Translations under genes and position numbers: made by a program
From: Batkoa obscura
Taxonomy: Eukaryota
DNA length: 64,000 bases
Direction: 5' to 3'
Assembly (NCBI GenBank): GCA_030770535.1
Contig: JASVEC010000014.1
Location: 1,054,001 to 1,118,000, forward strand
The notes under the pieces: model-generated
Database searches by the model: none
What the model saw: the letters and a program-made list of their open reading frames with translations, nothing else
Told to the model about the DNA's origin: nothing
Part shown: piece after piece, positions 47,589 to 61,687 of the stretch
Position numbering within the stretch: the stretch's first letter is position 1
Layout: each line of letters begins with the position of its first letter

Positions 47589-49353
47589 TTACATGGTTTG
47601 TGAGATTTTGTGAACCATTTCTTCTTTAGAAATTAAATGAGTAGTTTGCTCGATCAAGTTTAATAAACTATTCACATCACTGGTCCAATCCCCTAATACT
47701 TCTACAGTATTACGTGGTTTAACAAAGGATACAATTCCTGCTGGGCGATCTATACGTGCATAAATCGTCTTTTTAACTACTAAATTAGAAAGGAATTCCT
47801 CGGTTTCCTAAAAAAAATTAAGTCACTACTATCTAATAAAATATTATTATTTACCTCAATGGTTTGATCTAAAAGCTGAGTAAGGCGTTCCAAAGTAACA
47901 CGAGTGTAATATTTAGATATAATACGGATGTTCTATAAAAATGTTTAAAAGTGGATTAAAAAAATAGTACGTATTTATTACATGTTCAATGACTCGAGCA
48001 TGGAAATCTTCCCAGCGCTTTAATCCATCCATAGTACCTGTTTTGAAAACTTCAAGTTTAACTAGGGTTGGTCCATAAGTTTCTTCAATGACTGGCCAAC
48101 GCATCAATTCATCAGCAGTAAAGATCTTGGCTAACTCACTAAAATATGATAAATAAAATTTAATAAATTTAAGTAAAACTTACGTAGCTAAAGATGCAAT
48201 TTCTTCGCATTGTTTATCAGTTAAAATACGGTGAAGGAGGTCTGATTGTTCATGATCATATGGTGAAAGAATACAGAATAATAAACTTCTACTGAGCGCA
48301 TCAGCCTTAGCTTCTTCATCTGAGTCTAAACTCTTAGTGTTATAAATTTCTCTATAATATTTGCAAATATTAAGATATTCGCCTTCATGCAAAGAGTATT
48401 CAATCATAAGTTTATAGAAGCGTAATTTTAAATCCTACGAATGAAAGTTAGCTATGAATTTTGAAAATAATTATATATTTACATCATTTTCTGAATTTTT
48501 AAAAAAAGAAGTATTAATCTTTTTACTTATTATCACAGTACGAATATAATCTTCAGTTAATAAACATAATCGCATCTGTTCTAATATAAAATCTGTTTTG
48601 TCTCTCTTTTCCATAGATCCAAAAGTTTCTACCTATTCAAATAATTAAAAGATATTTAAAAAAAGATCATTAAATCCTACTTGTAATTCTTGTAAAATAT
48701 TGGAAGCTTCTACAAGATTGCCTTCCTCTTCTTTGATTTTAGCTAACATTCTAGTAAGATTGGCGCGCTCAACCTCTACAAAAATCTTTTAAAGTTTAGT
48801 AAATCTCAAAATTTCTCACAAATAATTCAATACTTTGCCTTCAGTCACAGTTCTCAAAGTAGCTATTAAAGCTAATTTGGTTTCCATATCTGGAGTGTTA
48901 TCGAGATAAGTCATAGCACATTGAACCAATTTTGTGTTTGCCTAGTGCAAAGTTTAGCTTTTAAAACAAAACAGAAGGTTTTAATTACTTGTTTGAGTTG
49001 TCCATGCTTTTTAGATAAAGTAGTAATAGACTCATTAAGTCCTTTCCAGTCTCCAGCATGATGGTGCACTTTAACAATCTGCTCCAAAATTCGACCTGTA
49101 GAAATAGAGTCACCAGCCTAAACAATGAATTAACAATCAAAGAAAAGGATTCAAAATAAATTACATTTCTTGTCTTTTTTTCAAAACTAGTTAAACTTTC
49201 TAGTGTAGCTTCAATTTTGTTTTCCTAAAAGGTTAGTATTTATCTTATGATTAGTTGTATTGTTACTTTTAACAAATTTTCAACGCGCACCAATAGCTCA
49301 TCCACCTCCTTAGTGTAATCTTTTTCCATTTTTTCTATGTTTCCATACGCCAT
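47589..49353 (-). CDS. RPN5: 26S proteasome lid subunit Rpn5/PSMD12, multi-exon
   Basis: [73 protein letters not shown]. Confidence 0.95.
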
Positions 49354-50405
49354 TTTGTTTAAATTTCAATCAAAGTTAAAAATAAATCCAATTGAAGTTT
49401 ATTTAGTATGACGAATACAACTCAGCTTTAGCCGAAATTTGCATTGTAATTTTGCAAAATGATTTGTATTAAAAATTAATAAGAAAATATTTGAAGTTTT
49501 TAATTTTAGTCAAGCAAATAGTACTAGATGTTTTATAAGGACCACCTTAGTTTATGATAGTTTTACAAATATCTTTAGATCGCGCCTTATGATATTTGTT
49601 AAAAATGTCAGGAAATAAAAAGCCATTCAACTAACCTGTTATTGATAGTCGCTAAAGAAGTATAAAACGATTTTCAGTGTTAATATCAAATGGTCATGTT
49701 ACATTGATGTAAAAAGCTTGTTGAAAGAGTAGAGTTTAAAATGACAAACATCTTAATATAAGTTGAGAAATTACCAAGCGAGAATATGATAGAAATCCTT
49801 ATATGAAATAGGGCGAAATCGTATAAAAAATTCAATTTTACCTGTTATTAGATATTATTATCTGTTTTAATATTGCTTTTTATTAGTAGCTTTTATTTTT
49901 ATTTTTATTTTTATTTTGGATTCCTCAATTATTGAGTTAATGTAGTTTATATAGGATTATCATTATTGGTTTAATAGAAATAGAAATAGAAAAAGAAAAA
50001 GAAAAAGAAAAGCTTTAATCATAGATAAGCTGATAGTACATTTATCATAATATTCAATCATTAATATATATACGAATTAAACGTTTAGACATTAAAGAAT
50101 ACATTGTTCCTATTTCAATCTAAACATTTAACATTTTTCTAGAATATTAGTCAGAGTTATTATGACCTTTTAACACTTACAATGTTTCTTTTTAAAATAT
50201 AATAAAATAGTGCTATAGGTCTAATCTATTTTAGTTTAAAATTATAATATTTAGGCAAGTTATTTGATTAAAACGGATGGTTATAAAATACATCAGAATA
50301 AGATTTTTATTCTTTATAGCATAACAAAACTGATACCAAGCATAAAGTTTTCATGGCATGTGCTTGTTTCAGAATAGATATTAGAGAATGATTACTAGTA
50401 GCTTC

Positions 50406-53143
50406 CTAAGATGGTGAATTTACAACAGAAGACTTGGATTTCTTCCCCTAAAAATCAATTTTAAATAAAAAAATAAAAAAAATAATTATCTATAAAGTTT
50501 ACCTTTTGAAATAAATTAGCTGGAGTTCTAAACTCGCCTTGAGAGGCCATGGTCAAATCGTTAGGCATAGCAACAACGATAGTTCTATCCTGATTGAATC
50601 GGAAGTTATCGCCAACTATACTTTCTTCATATTGTTTTAAGGAATATGCAAAGGTTTTACCGATCTTAACTTGACGAAAGTTCCATAAAACCACATAGTT
50701 ACCGGTACTGGTAACTATATACTTCTCAAGAATATCTTGACCAGCATTAAATTTGGCTGGTGTAAAATTAATATCTTGAGAAATTTGAGCAACATGTTCT
50801 GGCTTTAATTGAAGTCTTTTTAGAGCAGGTTTCTCGTCTTTAGGGAAGGATTTTTGGAATCCGGTTCTCTTTTGAACATCCGAATAGATTCTACAATCAA
50901 CTAATAGAAGATAGGTTTTACAAGTTGCAATTATATATTGTCCATCGTTAGTGATATCCAACCCATAAATCTTATCCCCATTTGGTGGTAATGCGGTCTT
51001 TGCATTCTTGCCTATTTGATTATAAAGCAGGATTTCACCATTTTCCGAAGCAACTGCAATTTCACCAGTTGGAGTTGTAGCTGCACATATAAATTGAACT
51101 TTAGTAGCATACCTCTTTAATTCGGTTGGTACAATACTACTTTTACCGCCGATACGTGGATCTATACGATACATAGAATTTGGATTTAACCCATATAAAG
51201 TCTGTTCTGATGTCATTTGAGCATACTTTGAAGTTGAAAAAATATCATCACATTTGATTTTATCATGGACTTGGATTTTCTGTTTAATGGTCCCACTTTC
51301 AAGATCCAAATCATATAATGTAGATTTATCGTTAGGTAACATTAAAAGTAAAGAAGAATCTTGGTTATGGAGCATCATCTACAAACCTTAAGAAATTAAA
51401 AAAATATTATTATGAATTACAATACCTTAGATGGACTAGTCAGTTTTCCTTTAGAGTCTTTAATATCAGTAATAGTAGCACAATACTCAAGTTCGTTTCC
51501 GTTTCCATGTTTAAACACACCTATGTTAGATCCACGAGAGATAAACGATCTATCATGTTTGTATCCAATAGATAAATTTTTGTTATGATTATTTGAGTCT
51601 GATAAATTCTCTTTAATAGAATTTTTAATTTTTTGGCTTGGAATCCTTTCAGGTTCTTCTTGTTTAGCTTCTTCTTCTTCTTCCGAAAGTACGATTTCTT
51701 ATTAAAATATAAATATTAAATAAATAAATATGTAAATAAAATTACCATCGCTATCATAATCCAGATTGTAAGATCTATCAATGTAGACTCTTTCGTCTTC
51801 CTATAACTTATTTAAATAATGTATTTTATTATGCATTATATAGGACTTACTTTGACTTTAGCATAAGGCCTTTGGTTAGCAACTTCATAAAAGCATTTTG
51901 CAAAAACGGTCTTAAACTCTACATCGCTTTTTACGTCATTAAATTTTAACATCCAAGAATTAAATCTTCCGTCTAATAAGGTAAGATAACTTATCAATAA
52001 TAATTTATCCTACTAATTACCTCTTTTTTCTATAAACATAAATGATTTTAAAGTCTAATATATATACGGTTAGAAAATATCTAAAAACAAGTTAAAAATA
52101 TTACATTGGTAAACCTTGGATTTAAGTCAAGTCCTAATTTTAAGCATAAAATAGGTCCTGAGTTGCCTTTATCTACATCTTCTGCAGTTAACCAATCTAA
52201 AATAATTTGTCAGATTATTCGTATAGAAAAAACTACCAACTTACAAACATAATGTGGCCCAGATTCTTTCATTAACCTTACATCGACATTTGATTTAAAT
52301 ACATGAATGGATTTATCAGTATCATATAAATTTAACCCAGCTTTAATTTTAAGCGTTTCAACACAATTTGGTGGTAATGGGGAGAGTTTTGCTTTAATTG
52401 ATTGTGTTGGTGGTTCACTCTTTATTTCAACTTGAGCTCTAAAAAATAGTCAATATTTGTTACTTCATTTTTGAATATGCTTACAGTTGTTTTGTGAGCA
52501 TTTCAATGTCATCTATGGTAGCTTGATCACGAGAAGCATTGCATTTTCTTTCAAAAACACATCCAACAATAGCATCCAAGAAAGTTTTCGCATAGTTGTC
52601 AGTAGCATCTTCTTTCAGTACTCTAAACTCATAATTACGAGCATTTCCTTTAGACTTATAGAACGTTAATATTTAAAATTATAGATAAAAAAATAATTAC
52701 ATCTTGACCAATCCAGGAAAATACCTGATAAACATCGTTATCTTCTTTGATTTTTTGATGTTTGAATTTCATATTCTCGTCAATTAAAAATGTCATTTCA
52801 GTGTCAATTACATCTATATAATTAGTTATAAAGTAGATCAAATGCTTTCTATTTACCTGAGTTTTCTAATTCTCTTTCCTCTTCACCCTCATCAAAGACT
52901 CTGGAAACAATGAGTTGGTGTTGATACAAATAATCAGTCTTCTGGATTGACATCTCACATCGGTTATAGCTAAAAAAAAGATATTAGATAAAAATTAATT
53001 ATCAAAATGCAGTACATTGTAATAAACTTATTGAGATTTCTTAAATTATATAAACGCAAAGAACCATTGTCCAATTTTAGATCAGATCTTACTGAAGGGT
53101 CATCCCCAAAGATATAGTTTCCAACAGCTTTAAATATTGACAT
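50406..53143 (-). CDS. VID27: Vacuolar import and degradation protein Vid27, multi-exon
   Basis: IGYKHDRSFISRGSNIGVFK, MMLHNQDSSLL, YRIDPR, KNAKTALP, RLQLKPEH, FTPAKFN, DNFRF. Confidence 0.93.
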
Positions 53144-53392
53144 CTTAAGTTCAAAAAATAAAGGATAAATTTGTTTTAATTCAAATACTATCAAGATGAC
53201 GTCAAGGCTGCGAATTTGATGTTTTATCAAAAAGGCAAGTGATTGATAGTTTTTATAGGGCTTGGGTTATAAAGATTAAATTAGAATGATGTGGAAATTA
53301 ATTAAGCTTATTATTTAGGTTTGGATTTATAACTCATTTTAAAAACAAAATTTTCCTTTTACTTCTAGTTTCTAAGCTTGAAAAAATAAAAT

Positions 53393-53490
53393 GAAGATGT
53401 ATTTTTTTATTTAGGATTTCACTAACAACCTTTCTACTCAAATAACGCTTAAAAGATGGAAAAAGTGATGAAATCAAAGAAAACATCCTC
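53393..53490. mobile_element. ~98-bp MITE
   Basis: GAAGATGTATTTT...AAAACATCCTC with the family core sequence. Confidence 0.8.
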
Positions 53491-53512
53491 AGGTTTTTTT
53501 CAAAAATCAGTT

Positions 53513-54891
53513 TGAGATGTCTGAATTGGTTTCAGAATTGTTTAAAAATTAATTCAAGTTCTAAATTTACAAGTCTCTTAATGTGTGATTAATAATTGGA
53601 TTTAAGAAGCTTAAAATTAAATAAAATTTAACTTGAAAGACTTGTTTTAATTTATTTTTAATTTATTTTTTTAATCCTATGTTTTATACTATTTTTATTA
53701 AATATTTAATAGATATATAATATATAGTTATTTGACTCTATTTTTTATCGAAATGATAATAAAATCCAAGCTTTTACAATTAAACTTCAAAATAGAATTT
53801 TTAAGTTTTAATATAATAGAGAGAAACACATTATATAAGCACTATAATTCGCTTACATCAATTTTAATATCTATTTATAATGGCCCGAAGTTTGTAGAGT
53901 TTTATAATAAATAATACATATTGTTGAAACTTAATAACAACAATAATAAACACTTATTAAAAATATATTGTAACATTTTTTTTGGTTCACCATTTTCATC
54001 TTTTAAATACTATTTGAGCGAAAAAATTGCTAAAACTCTTAAATACAAGAATACATCCCTATATATAGGAGATTGTTTAATTAATTTATACCTAAAGAAC
54101 CTTTATTCAAAAGTATGAAATCTGGCGCTCAGTAGTTAGAGTCAAAAGCAGTTTTTACTTGATTGGCTTAGCCGCAAGTCGAAAGGTCTTGGTTTATATA
54201 ACTAAGATAGACCTGAATTATGAAGAATAGCACATAATATGCTATAGACTATGTAAGACAAGTAAAATAGACAATACTACTATAAAATATACTTAAAATA
54301 CTGTTAAGAGAATTTAGTGGCTTTATTAAATGTACGAAATATCAGAGAATAATTCAGTTAAAAAGCCTCGAGCTAATATGTTCTAAAATCCCTTTTATAC
54401 TCCGACAAGTACAAATATTAAAACGAGAAGATAGTATTCTTTGAAATGAAACTGGAAATTCTCATAGCAAATCAAACTAAGGGGGTTTGAATTGATTGTT
54501 CCCGAACTCGAGAACACAACAATTTAAGTGATTATGCTATAATCAACCATGGAGCTGACAAAGCGATATTTCATATAGTATTGTAATACTTTATTCGTTT
54601 GATAGCAAACCTGCAATGTTGACTACAAAGCAGTCAATAATAGATATTTCTTAATGAAATTTTATAGGAATATGTATTTATTTACATACTACAACTTTGA
54701 TCAATATTAATATATAGATTATATTAGTAAAAACTTTGCTAATCTGGGATTTTTCATTAAATTTAATAGAATTTTACTACTCATAATATAAACTATAATA
54801 AAATAATCAAAAATTGTATAAGTACTTTTATTTTTTAAAACATGGAATATTTAAAAACTCAATAAAAAACGAAATCAATTAGGACATCTTT
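53513..54891 (+). mobile_element. Internally deleted, decayed Sola-like element containing a MITE and a solo-LTR-like repeat
   Basis: Both TIR remnants present (TGAGATGTCTGAATTGGTTTCAG; GAAATCAATTAGGACATCTTT); transposase 5' remnant at ~53760-53910; MITE at ~53969-54060. Confidence 0.78.
54114..54575 (-). mobile_element. Solo-LTR-like repeat (copy 3, diverged)
   Basis: Colinear with 21253-21716 (TATGAAATCTGG...CTGACAAAGCGATATTTCATA) with many substitutions. Confidence 0.75.
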
Positions 54892-56831
54892 ATTTGCTTT
54901 TGAATAATCCTTTCAAAAATCTAAAGATTACTATAAATTCATGTAGATTTCTGAACAAAAAATAAATTCTTTTACAAATAAAGCTAAAAATCCATTGTAT
55001 CAAAACTATTAACCTTCTCAATTTTAAAAAAAAACATCAATTAATAAATGCCCAAGTGCTTTATGTATAGAAAAAATAAAGTAATCTATAGATTAGAGTT
55101 TATTATGGTAAGGAAGAACAAAAGAAATGAAATGAAAAGGATTAATAAACCGTACTATAATAAGAAAAATTACGAATTCTTTTGATTTTAATTCTGATTT
55201 AGATAGATTAAGTTAAACTAAGTATCATTCAGCTTTGTATAATCAAATTCAGCTATAGAGTGAATCAAAAGTTGATGTGTTAGCGACTAAGGAGTTTTTA
55301 GGCAATAGTTTAGTATAGAAAAGGTGAACTAATCATAAGCTTTTAGATTATATGAAGGCTTGTAGGAATTGTGGGAAGGATTAAAAACTTCAGATGACCA
55401 GGGAACCTTTTATTTTCTCTTATCAAATATATACAAGAAGTTATGTAAAATGCTAATTCTTTAAAGTAATAAGAATTTGTATAGTATGATGCATTGCTTT
55501 TTTATTTTTTTATAAAAAGTGTTATAACAATATAACTTAAAAACCGATGATGACTAAATCAGATTTTTAGTTGTTTCAAAATAGAGGTTAACGATTTTCA
55601 ATAAAACAACAACAATGATATAAGATGTTTATTGTATTTCTATTTTATTAAAACATTATTTAAAAATATTCACGCTCAACTAATTTTTAACATTTTAAAG
55701 TAGTAATGATTCCAATTAATATTAAAAAACGATTATAAGATATTCAATGTTTATTTTGATAATAGTATTATTACATTTTTATATAAAAATCACAATAAGA
55801 GTTATAAACGATATGATGGAACCACCTAATCATCGTTTAATTTCGACTTAATTGATATAAACTGATATAGCACAAATAAACATCCTAAATACGTTAAAAC
55901 CTAAATATGTCACTATACTTTTTAATTAAAGAATTTTAAAGTGCATGTTAGAACTTATATAAATACATTGTATCAGCATTAAAAGCGATAGTATCTCAAT
56001 GTTGTTCCCAACTAATGGTGAGCGATATTAACTTAATAGAAACAATAGAGGAAGAATTGTAATAAAATCAGCCCCAAAGAAATTACTCAATAATAAGTAC
56101 AATCAAACTAATGTTAGATTAAATATTTTAAATCAATTAAAGCACGTAGGCTCTAAAATAGAAAGTTTACAAATTATAATAACAAAATATCAGTTATTTG
56201 ATTTAGTAAACTTCAACCTGGGGTAATCAAAAAAATAAAAATATTATAAAGTTAGGAATTTTGAATTTGAATTTGAATCATTTAGTAGCTTAATTAGATT
56301 ATACAATTCAAAAATTACACCATTTAATTGTATTATTATTCATCACTCTTGCATAAATAGAATTTAATCACTAGTTTAGTATTAATATCAGTATTGATAT
56401 TAAATTTAATTAAATTTTTATTTCATTAGAATTAAGAGATTATCTTGAGTATAATAGATGATAAGAAATTAATATTAGAGTTAATGTTTAGTATCCGAAA
56501 TTTAAAGAACTAAGTGATATTAATTTAATTAATTACTTTTTAAAATTAGGCTAAAATTTCAAATTCGAAACTAAAATGGCATAATAAACCCAAGTTATAA
56601 AGTAGGTCACCCCATAGATGAAGGGCTGGGAAATAAAATTTAGCATAAAGAGGGGAAAGTGATTTTTAATTTTAAATGACTATTTAGCAATAGTCACAAA
56701 TTATTAGCATTCTCTAAAAATTGAAGTTTGACAGGTATAAAAGTGGAGAAGCAGTAATATTTAACTTTTTATTTTGTTCTTACTATTTTTAATTTTTAAA
56801 GTTTAGAACTGTTAATTTATTTCTTAATATA

Positions 56832-57407
56832 ATGTTAAAGGATATTTCATTTAGATCTGATAATCTTATCAAAGATGATACTAAAGGTTTAAAGAAATTG
56901 AACCACTCATTAGTACCAAAAGGAATTGATGCTAGTCAATTAGTCTTACGCGACATTGACACCAAATTTGAACAGATATTGGATGAGCTAACTTGTATTA
57001 CTGACGACTTTATCCATGAAGCAATAACTACTAGTTTCAATTGGTCTCAAGTTGCTGAAAATTTGAATTTAAACGAGACTGGTTCTTGGTATATTGTTGT
57101 TTTTCGATCCATTCGAAATAAAGATGCAAATAGTGAAGAGTTATACACCGCTGATGCTCTTGCCCACGAAGAAGCTAAAAATTCGGGTGGTTTATTGAAG
57201 TATTGGTATGCTTCACTAAATCAAAATAATGAATGTTTAGCCATGTGTGTATGGGCAAATCGTGAATGGGCAAAGTTAGCCCATTATAAACCTAGTCACA
57301 TTAAGGCCATGCAACTTGCCTCCAAAATGTATGAATCGTATGTATTGGAGAGATATCGCTTAATTAAGGAGGCTGGTAGTCTCAAATTAGTATTCGAGAA
57401 ACTTTAG
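56832..57407 (+). CDS. UPF0643-like protein (dimeric alpha-beta barrel), intronless
   Basis: WYIVVFRS, ADALAHEEA..SGGLLKYW, CVW.NRE.A and P.H..A...A..MYE.Y.LERY motifs. Confidence 0.75.
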   Translation: MLKDISFRSDNLIKDDTKGLKKLNHSLVPKGIDASQLVLRDIDTKFEQILDELTCITDDFIHEAITTSFNWSQVAENLNLNETGSWYIVVFRSIRNKDANSEELYTADALAHEEAKNSGGLLKYWYASLNQNNECLAMCVWANREWAKLAHYKPSHIKAMQLASKMYESYVLERYRLIKEAGSLKLVFEKL

Positions 57408-58335
57408 GAGCGCCAATGGGTAATTGTATTCGTGTAGTAATAAATTTTAATTTGGTAAAAAAACTTAGTTTATTTTTTAGTTTGACGCCTTTTCTACGAG
57501 TTTGTAGCAGTATCTGAAGTAATATATATTCAATAACATTTAAAAGTTAAACGAATATGAAATTAAATACTAAAGAAGGAAGGATTTATTAGTATAAAAA
57601 TGCCATTTTTATTGTTCTTATTTTGAATTAACATTTGATTAATCAATTTAGAGATGCATTGTTTCCCTTAAAAGTCTAGCTGTAAACCTCTTATCTTTAA
57701 CTGTTTAAAATGAACAAGATATTAATTAAAGACACCAAATTCCTAATGGGGCGAAATAATCTCTAAAAGTAATATAACACTGTGTTAATATACAATTTGG
57801 TCTTTTTTCTGGTAAAAACTATAATTTCAGTAATTCAAAAAAGACAAAAACTACTAGATGATATAAACTTGTAAAGTTGATGGGTTTTACTTCAAAAAAT
57901 AGGCTCCGTTTTATTTATTTCTTATGGCTTCTGTTTGAAACTATCTATGAGAATCCAATTTGATTTAACCTAATTTTTAAGCTAGTCTGAGTAACATAGT
58001 AGTAGGTTAAACCTTCGTAATCATTGGTATTAAAATATAGTAGCAGAATAAACGCTTTTCAGTTGATTTTGTAAGTACATACCACATATAAATTATTTTT
58101 TAATATTTAATACCAGGAACAGTTTAGACCCCATAATTTACTATTTTAAATTAATAGGAGCTCTCATTATTCAGCTCTGTCCCGGTTCACATTGATTTAT
58201 TTTTATAATTAATAGAGGCCATAATGTCATAAACATTAAGTGTAAAATAAAACTAATAGATTCAATCTTATAAGCTTGAGTCAAATGAATTATTTGAAAT
58301 ATGAATGATCTTTTATAACTTTATTTAAATTATAT

Positions 58336-59285
58336 GGGGATGTTTTTTTGTCTTCATTACTTTTTCCATTTTTAGCGCTATTTTAGTGGAAAGATTGTTA
58401 GCAAAATTCTTGAACGAAAAAATACATCCACATATATTATAAACATTTTATTTATTTTTTATTTTTGCCTAATAACATAATGTTTTGTTTATTAAAATAT
58501 TGAAAAACTGTAGTAATAAAATTTAGAAAAAAAAGTAACAGGAGACTGACAAATCCTAATACTGAGAATGAGTGACACAGTAAGTTGATTATCAGGCTGC
58601 AAAAATTAGATTGAAATTAATGATTTATACTTTAGGCTCAAAAAAGATCAAGTGGAGTTTTAACTCATTTTTAAATAATTTATAAATATTTATATAAGAT
58701 TTGACTGTGGTTTAGTTACCAAAGTTTAAACAGATTAATTTTCGTATAATGAATATTGTAATATTGGCTCAAATGATTGAATTGATTTAAATGATTAAAT
58801 TTGTTTAAATAACACCAAAAGCTATTAAATATTTTAAAAATATAAGTATCACTAGTAAGAAGGGAAAGTTTGGGAAATTAGTTAAAGTACTAATATTGTA
58901 TAGAAATATATTTTTAATTTCATCACTTTTTAAGCACTATTTGAGCAGAAAGATTGTTAATAAAATTCTTAAACAGAAAAATATATCCGCATATGCTATT
59001 TCTTCGCTTGTGAAAAGAATCTCTGTATTGATAATTTATCAAATTCTTATTGAAAATAATGCACGCATTTATTCTAGATCTGTGTTTAACTAATGTTGAG
59101 TTATATTATAACAATAATTTGGTTTTTTAATAACCTATCTTAACTAAATTTTATCAAATAAAAACTTTCAATATCAAACATACAATATAAAGGTGTCTTT
59201 CTAGTATCATCTTTTTTTTAGTTTTTTAAGTGCTATTGGATGGAAAAAGGGTTAGTAAATTTCTTAAACAAAAAAGAGTATTCAC
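58336..59285. mobile_element. Three ~98-bp MITE copies
   Basis: 58336-58431 (TSD ATAT), ~58902-58990 and ~59189-59285 (degenerate). Confidence 0.78.
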
Positions 59286-59529
59286 ATATGTATATTTTGA
59301 AAGGTAATGATAACCAATATATAAATAATTTTTTTGACAAAGTTAACACACAGTTCATTTTTATTTTAATAATATCAAAAATATTAATTTAAGTAACACA
59401 GCCATTTCTTGTATTAAATTCAGAGGTAATTGAAACTGGTGGATGTAACGTTTGATTTGATTTAAGCCAATAATAGGATCTTTGACATGGCGTTTATTGT
59501 TAAATTTAGACACTTCATTAAGTTCTTTG

Positions 59530-60950
59530 ATTAATAAGATACATTTTGTTTTGATTCACTATATATATTATCATGATGCAAAATTGACCCTTGACGTAGC
59601 AAATTAATGAGTGAAAAAGCAATAACATATTTGATAATAAAAAGGTACTTAATATTGGACTGAAATTTATGCTTGGGGTTGAATTGACGTGTCTTAGTAA
59701 AATTTCTGCGGTTCAATCTTTTATCTAACCTTCTGTTTAAACAATATATGATAACTTGACTACCATTGTTAAACACTAGTTTTAATTCTAGATTTGTAAG
59801 TCAAACAGGTTACAGATCAACCATAGCAGGTGAATAGTAAAGTGTAATAATAACATGACGAATCAATACTTTGAGGTGTCTTTTAGAATTAAATTCATAA
59901 TCATTTATTCTTTCTTCTAATTCCTTTCTACTATATTCAATTTCGCCTTTTACTAATTTTTTGGCCTTGAATTAAATTATTAATATACTCAAACAGTTCA
60001 TAAATTCCTTTTAAAGCAATAATAAATTAGTGATAGGTATATTATAGTAATCCTTATATACTTTATAAGCCTCCTTTACTTTTTGTATGTGAGTCAATAT
60101 TTTTATATTCACTTCAATAAAATGTTTAGCATACAAGTATGGGTACTTATTCATGGCCTTATGGCATCTTTCTTTGTTATTATTACATCTGCTCAAGTTT
60201 TCTATAAAACGACGCAAGAGATCCTCATTTAAAATTTGATGAAAAGTACATCTGATGGATAAAGTGGTATAATGAAATAGGTAAGTTGAATAATTTTCCA
60301 TGTTCTTCTACCTTGCAGCAGTTCATTTTGTCTTGTGTCCATACCATTTAAAGCATCAAATAAATCATTGTTTATATTATACTCTAAACATTGAGCCATT
60401 CTTATAGCATCTAAAAATATCGTCTAGAAAGATTATAACTGAATAAAATAAACTAACATAAGACAATAATCCCAAAGTTACCATATAGTTATAGTCAGGA
60501 TCAGAGTAGGATTGCGTCAAAGTCACTTTTATTGTCTGTAAAGTTTTCCTATAGATCTGACTATGAGTTATACTATCTCGTGGAAGAACAAAGCAAACGA
60601 AGAAAGCAATTAAGGTATAAGATAGAACATTTGGCACTTTCTTTGTTAAAACTACCCTTAAATTAAGTTCATCAGATTATACATTACATGGATCTACAAC
60701 ATTGATGAAAAAATTGAATTATATTCTAAAAATGACCACAAGCCTGGTTTGTTTTTATTCCATTAATGCTTCTCAATATTATGCTTCCTATCAAAAGTGA
60801 CGAAATGATATTAGTTTTGAAACTCTTCTACAATATAATCTCAAGCTAGAAATTTTTTTTCTAGATTTCATCATTGCTATGACTCTTTTATTAATTTACT
60901 ATTTAGAATTCCTTTCCAACCCATTTTAGATATTCCAAAAATTAAATATT
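59530..60950 (-). pseudogene. Frameshifted fungal transcription-factor (middle homology region-like) gene
   Basis: Shifting frames give ...MVTLGLLSYVSL.../FLDAIRMAQCLEY.../GRRTWKII, resembling AxRMAxxLG...ERRRxWW; split into several short ORFs. Confidence 0.5.
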
Positions 60951-61687
60951 ACCAAGTATTAAAACTATTGACATTTATTCTTTCTTTAAATTATAGGTTT
61001 GAATGAGAATCTAGCTGCTTAAACATATTATTTAATGTACGACTAATGCCATCTAATTTTAATTTTATTACATCTACTCTACTCCCTATTCTTACATTTA
61101 TTTTTGAATTTGACACCACATTTGAGTTTCCTTTTGTTATTATTTCGTTACATTATTTGTATTCCCATTGAAATTTATTTTGAACTCAAGAAACAATATG
61201 AAAATATTTTAAATCTGAAAATAAGGACTTTGGTAGAACTAATCATAATAAAAAAATTGTTAGCACTTTTTGTTTTTTGTATCTAATAGTATAATAAATG
61301 AAATAAAAATAAGATCATTTATAGTATCATTTCGTACTCATAAGTCTATTATTTGAAGAAATTATAAAACCATTATAAAATATTCTTATTTTAATAAAGA
61401 TATTGGCTTTTCAATGTGGATTATGTTTTTTGCTGCTGTTTATATTTTTAAAATTTATTAAGTATAGAAAATGAGCAAAAAAATAAAGTCAAAGACATCT
61501 CCCTAACACTCAAAATTTAAGGGAGGTAGCAAATGGTCAAGGTCCGCTGAATTGATTGGCTTTTAAAATTTTAGATTATACCTCATTCTAACCAAAATTA
61601 ACATCATTATCTAATCCAATCAAAAGCCTATTTAAAAGTAATGAAAAATGAAATGATTTTTCAAAATTCTTTACTTGATCTTTTATA

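Noticed and set aside
54900..56800. Long intergenic stretch examined for RNA genes or hidden coding relics
   Set aside because: No tRNA/rRNA-like structure or recognisable protein motif could be supported by eye.
23667..59093. Short ORFs with HYLSGKIV/LKHK-like motifs (23667, 35948, 53921, 58896)
   Set aside because: These are chance translations of MITE copies, not a protein family.
4202..59285. MITE copies as a CRISPR array or structured ncRNA family
   Set aside because: They are dispersed, in both orientations and flanked by TSDs in a eukaryotic genome, with no repeat-spacer periodicity.
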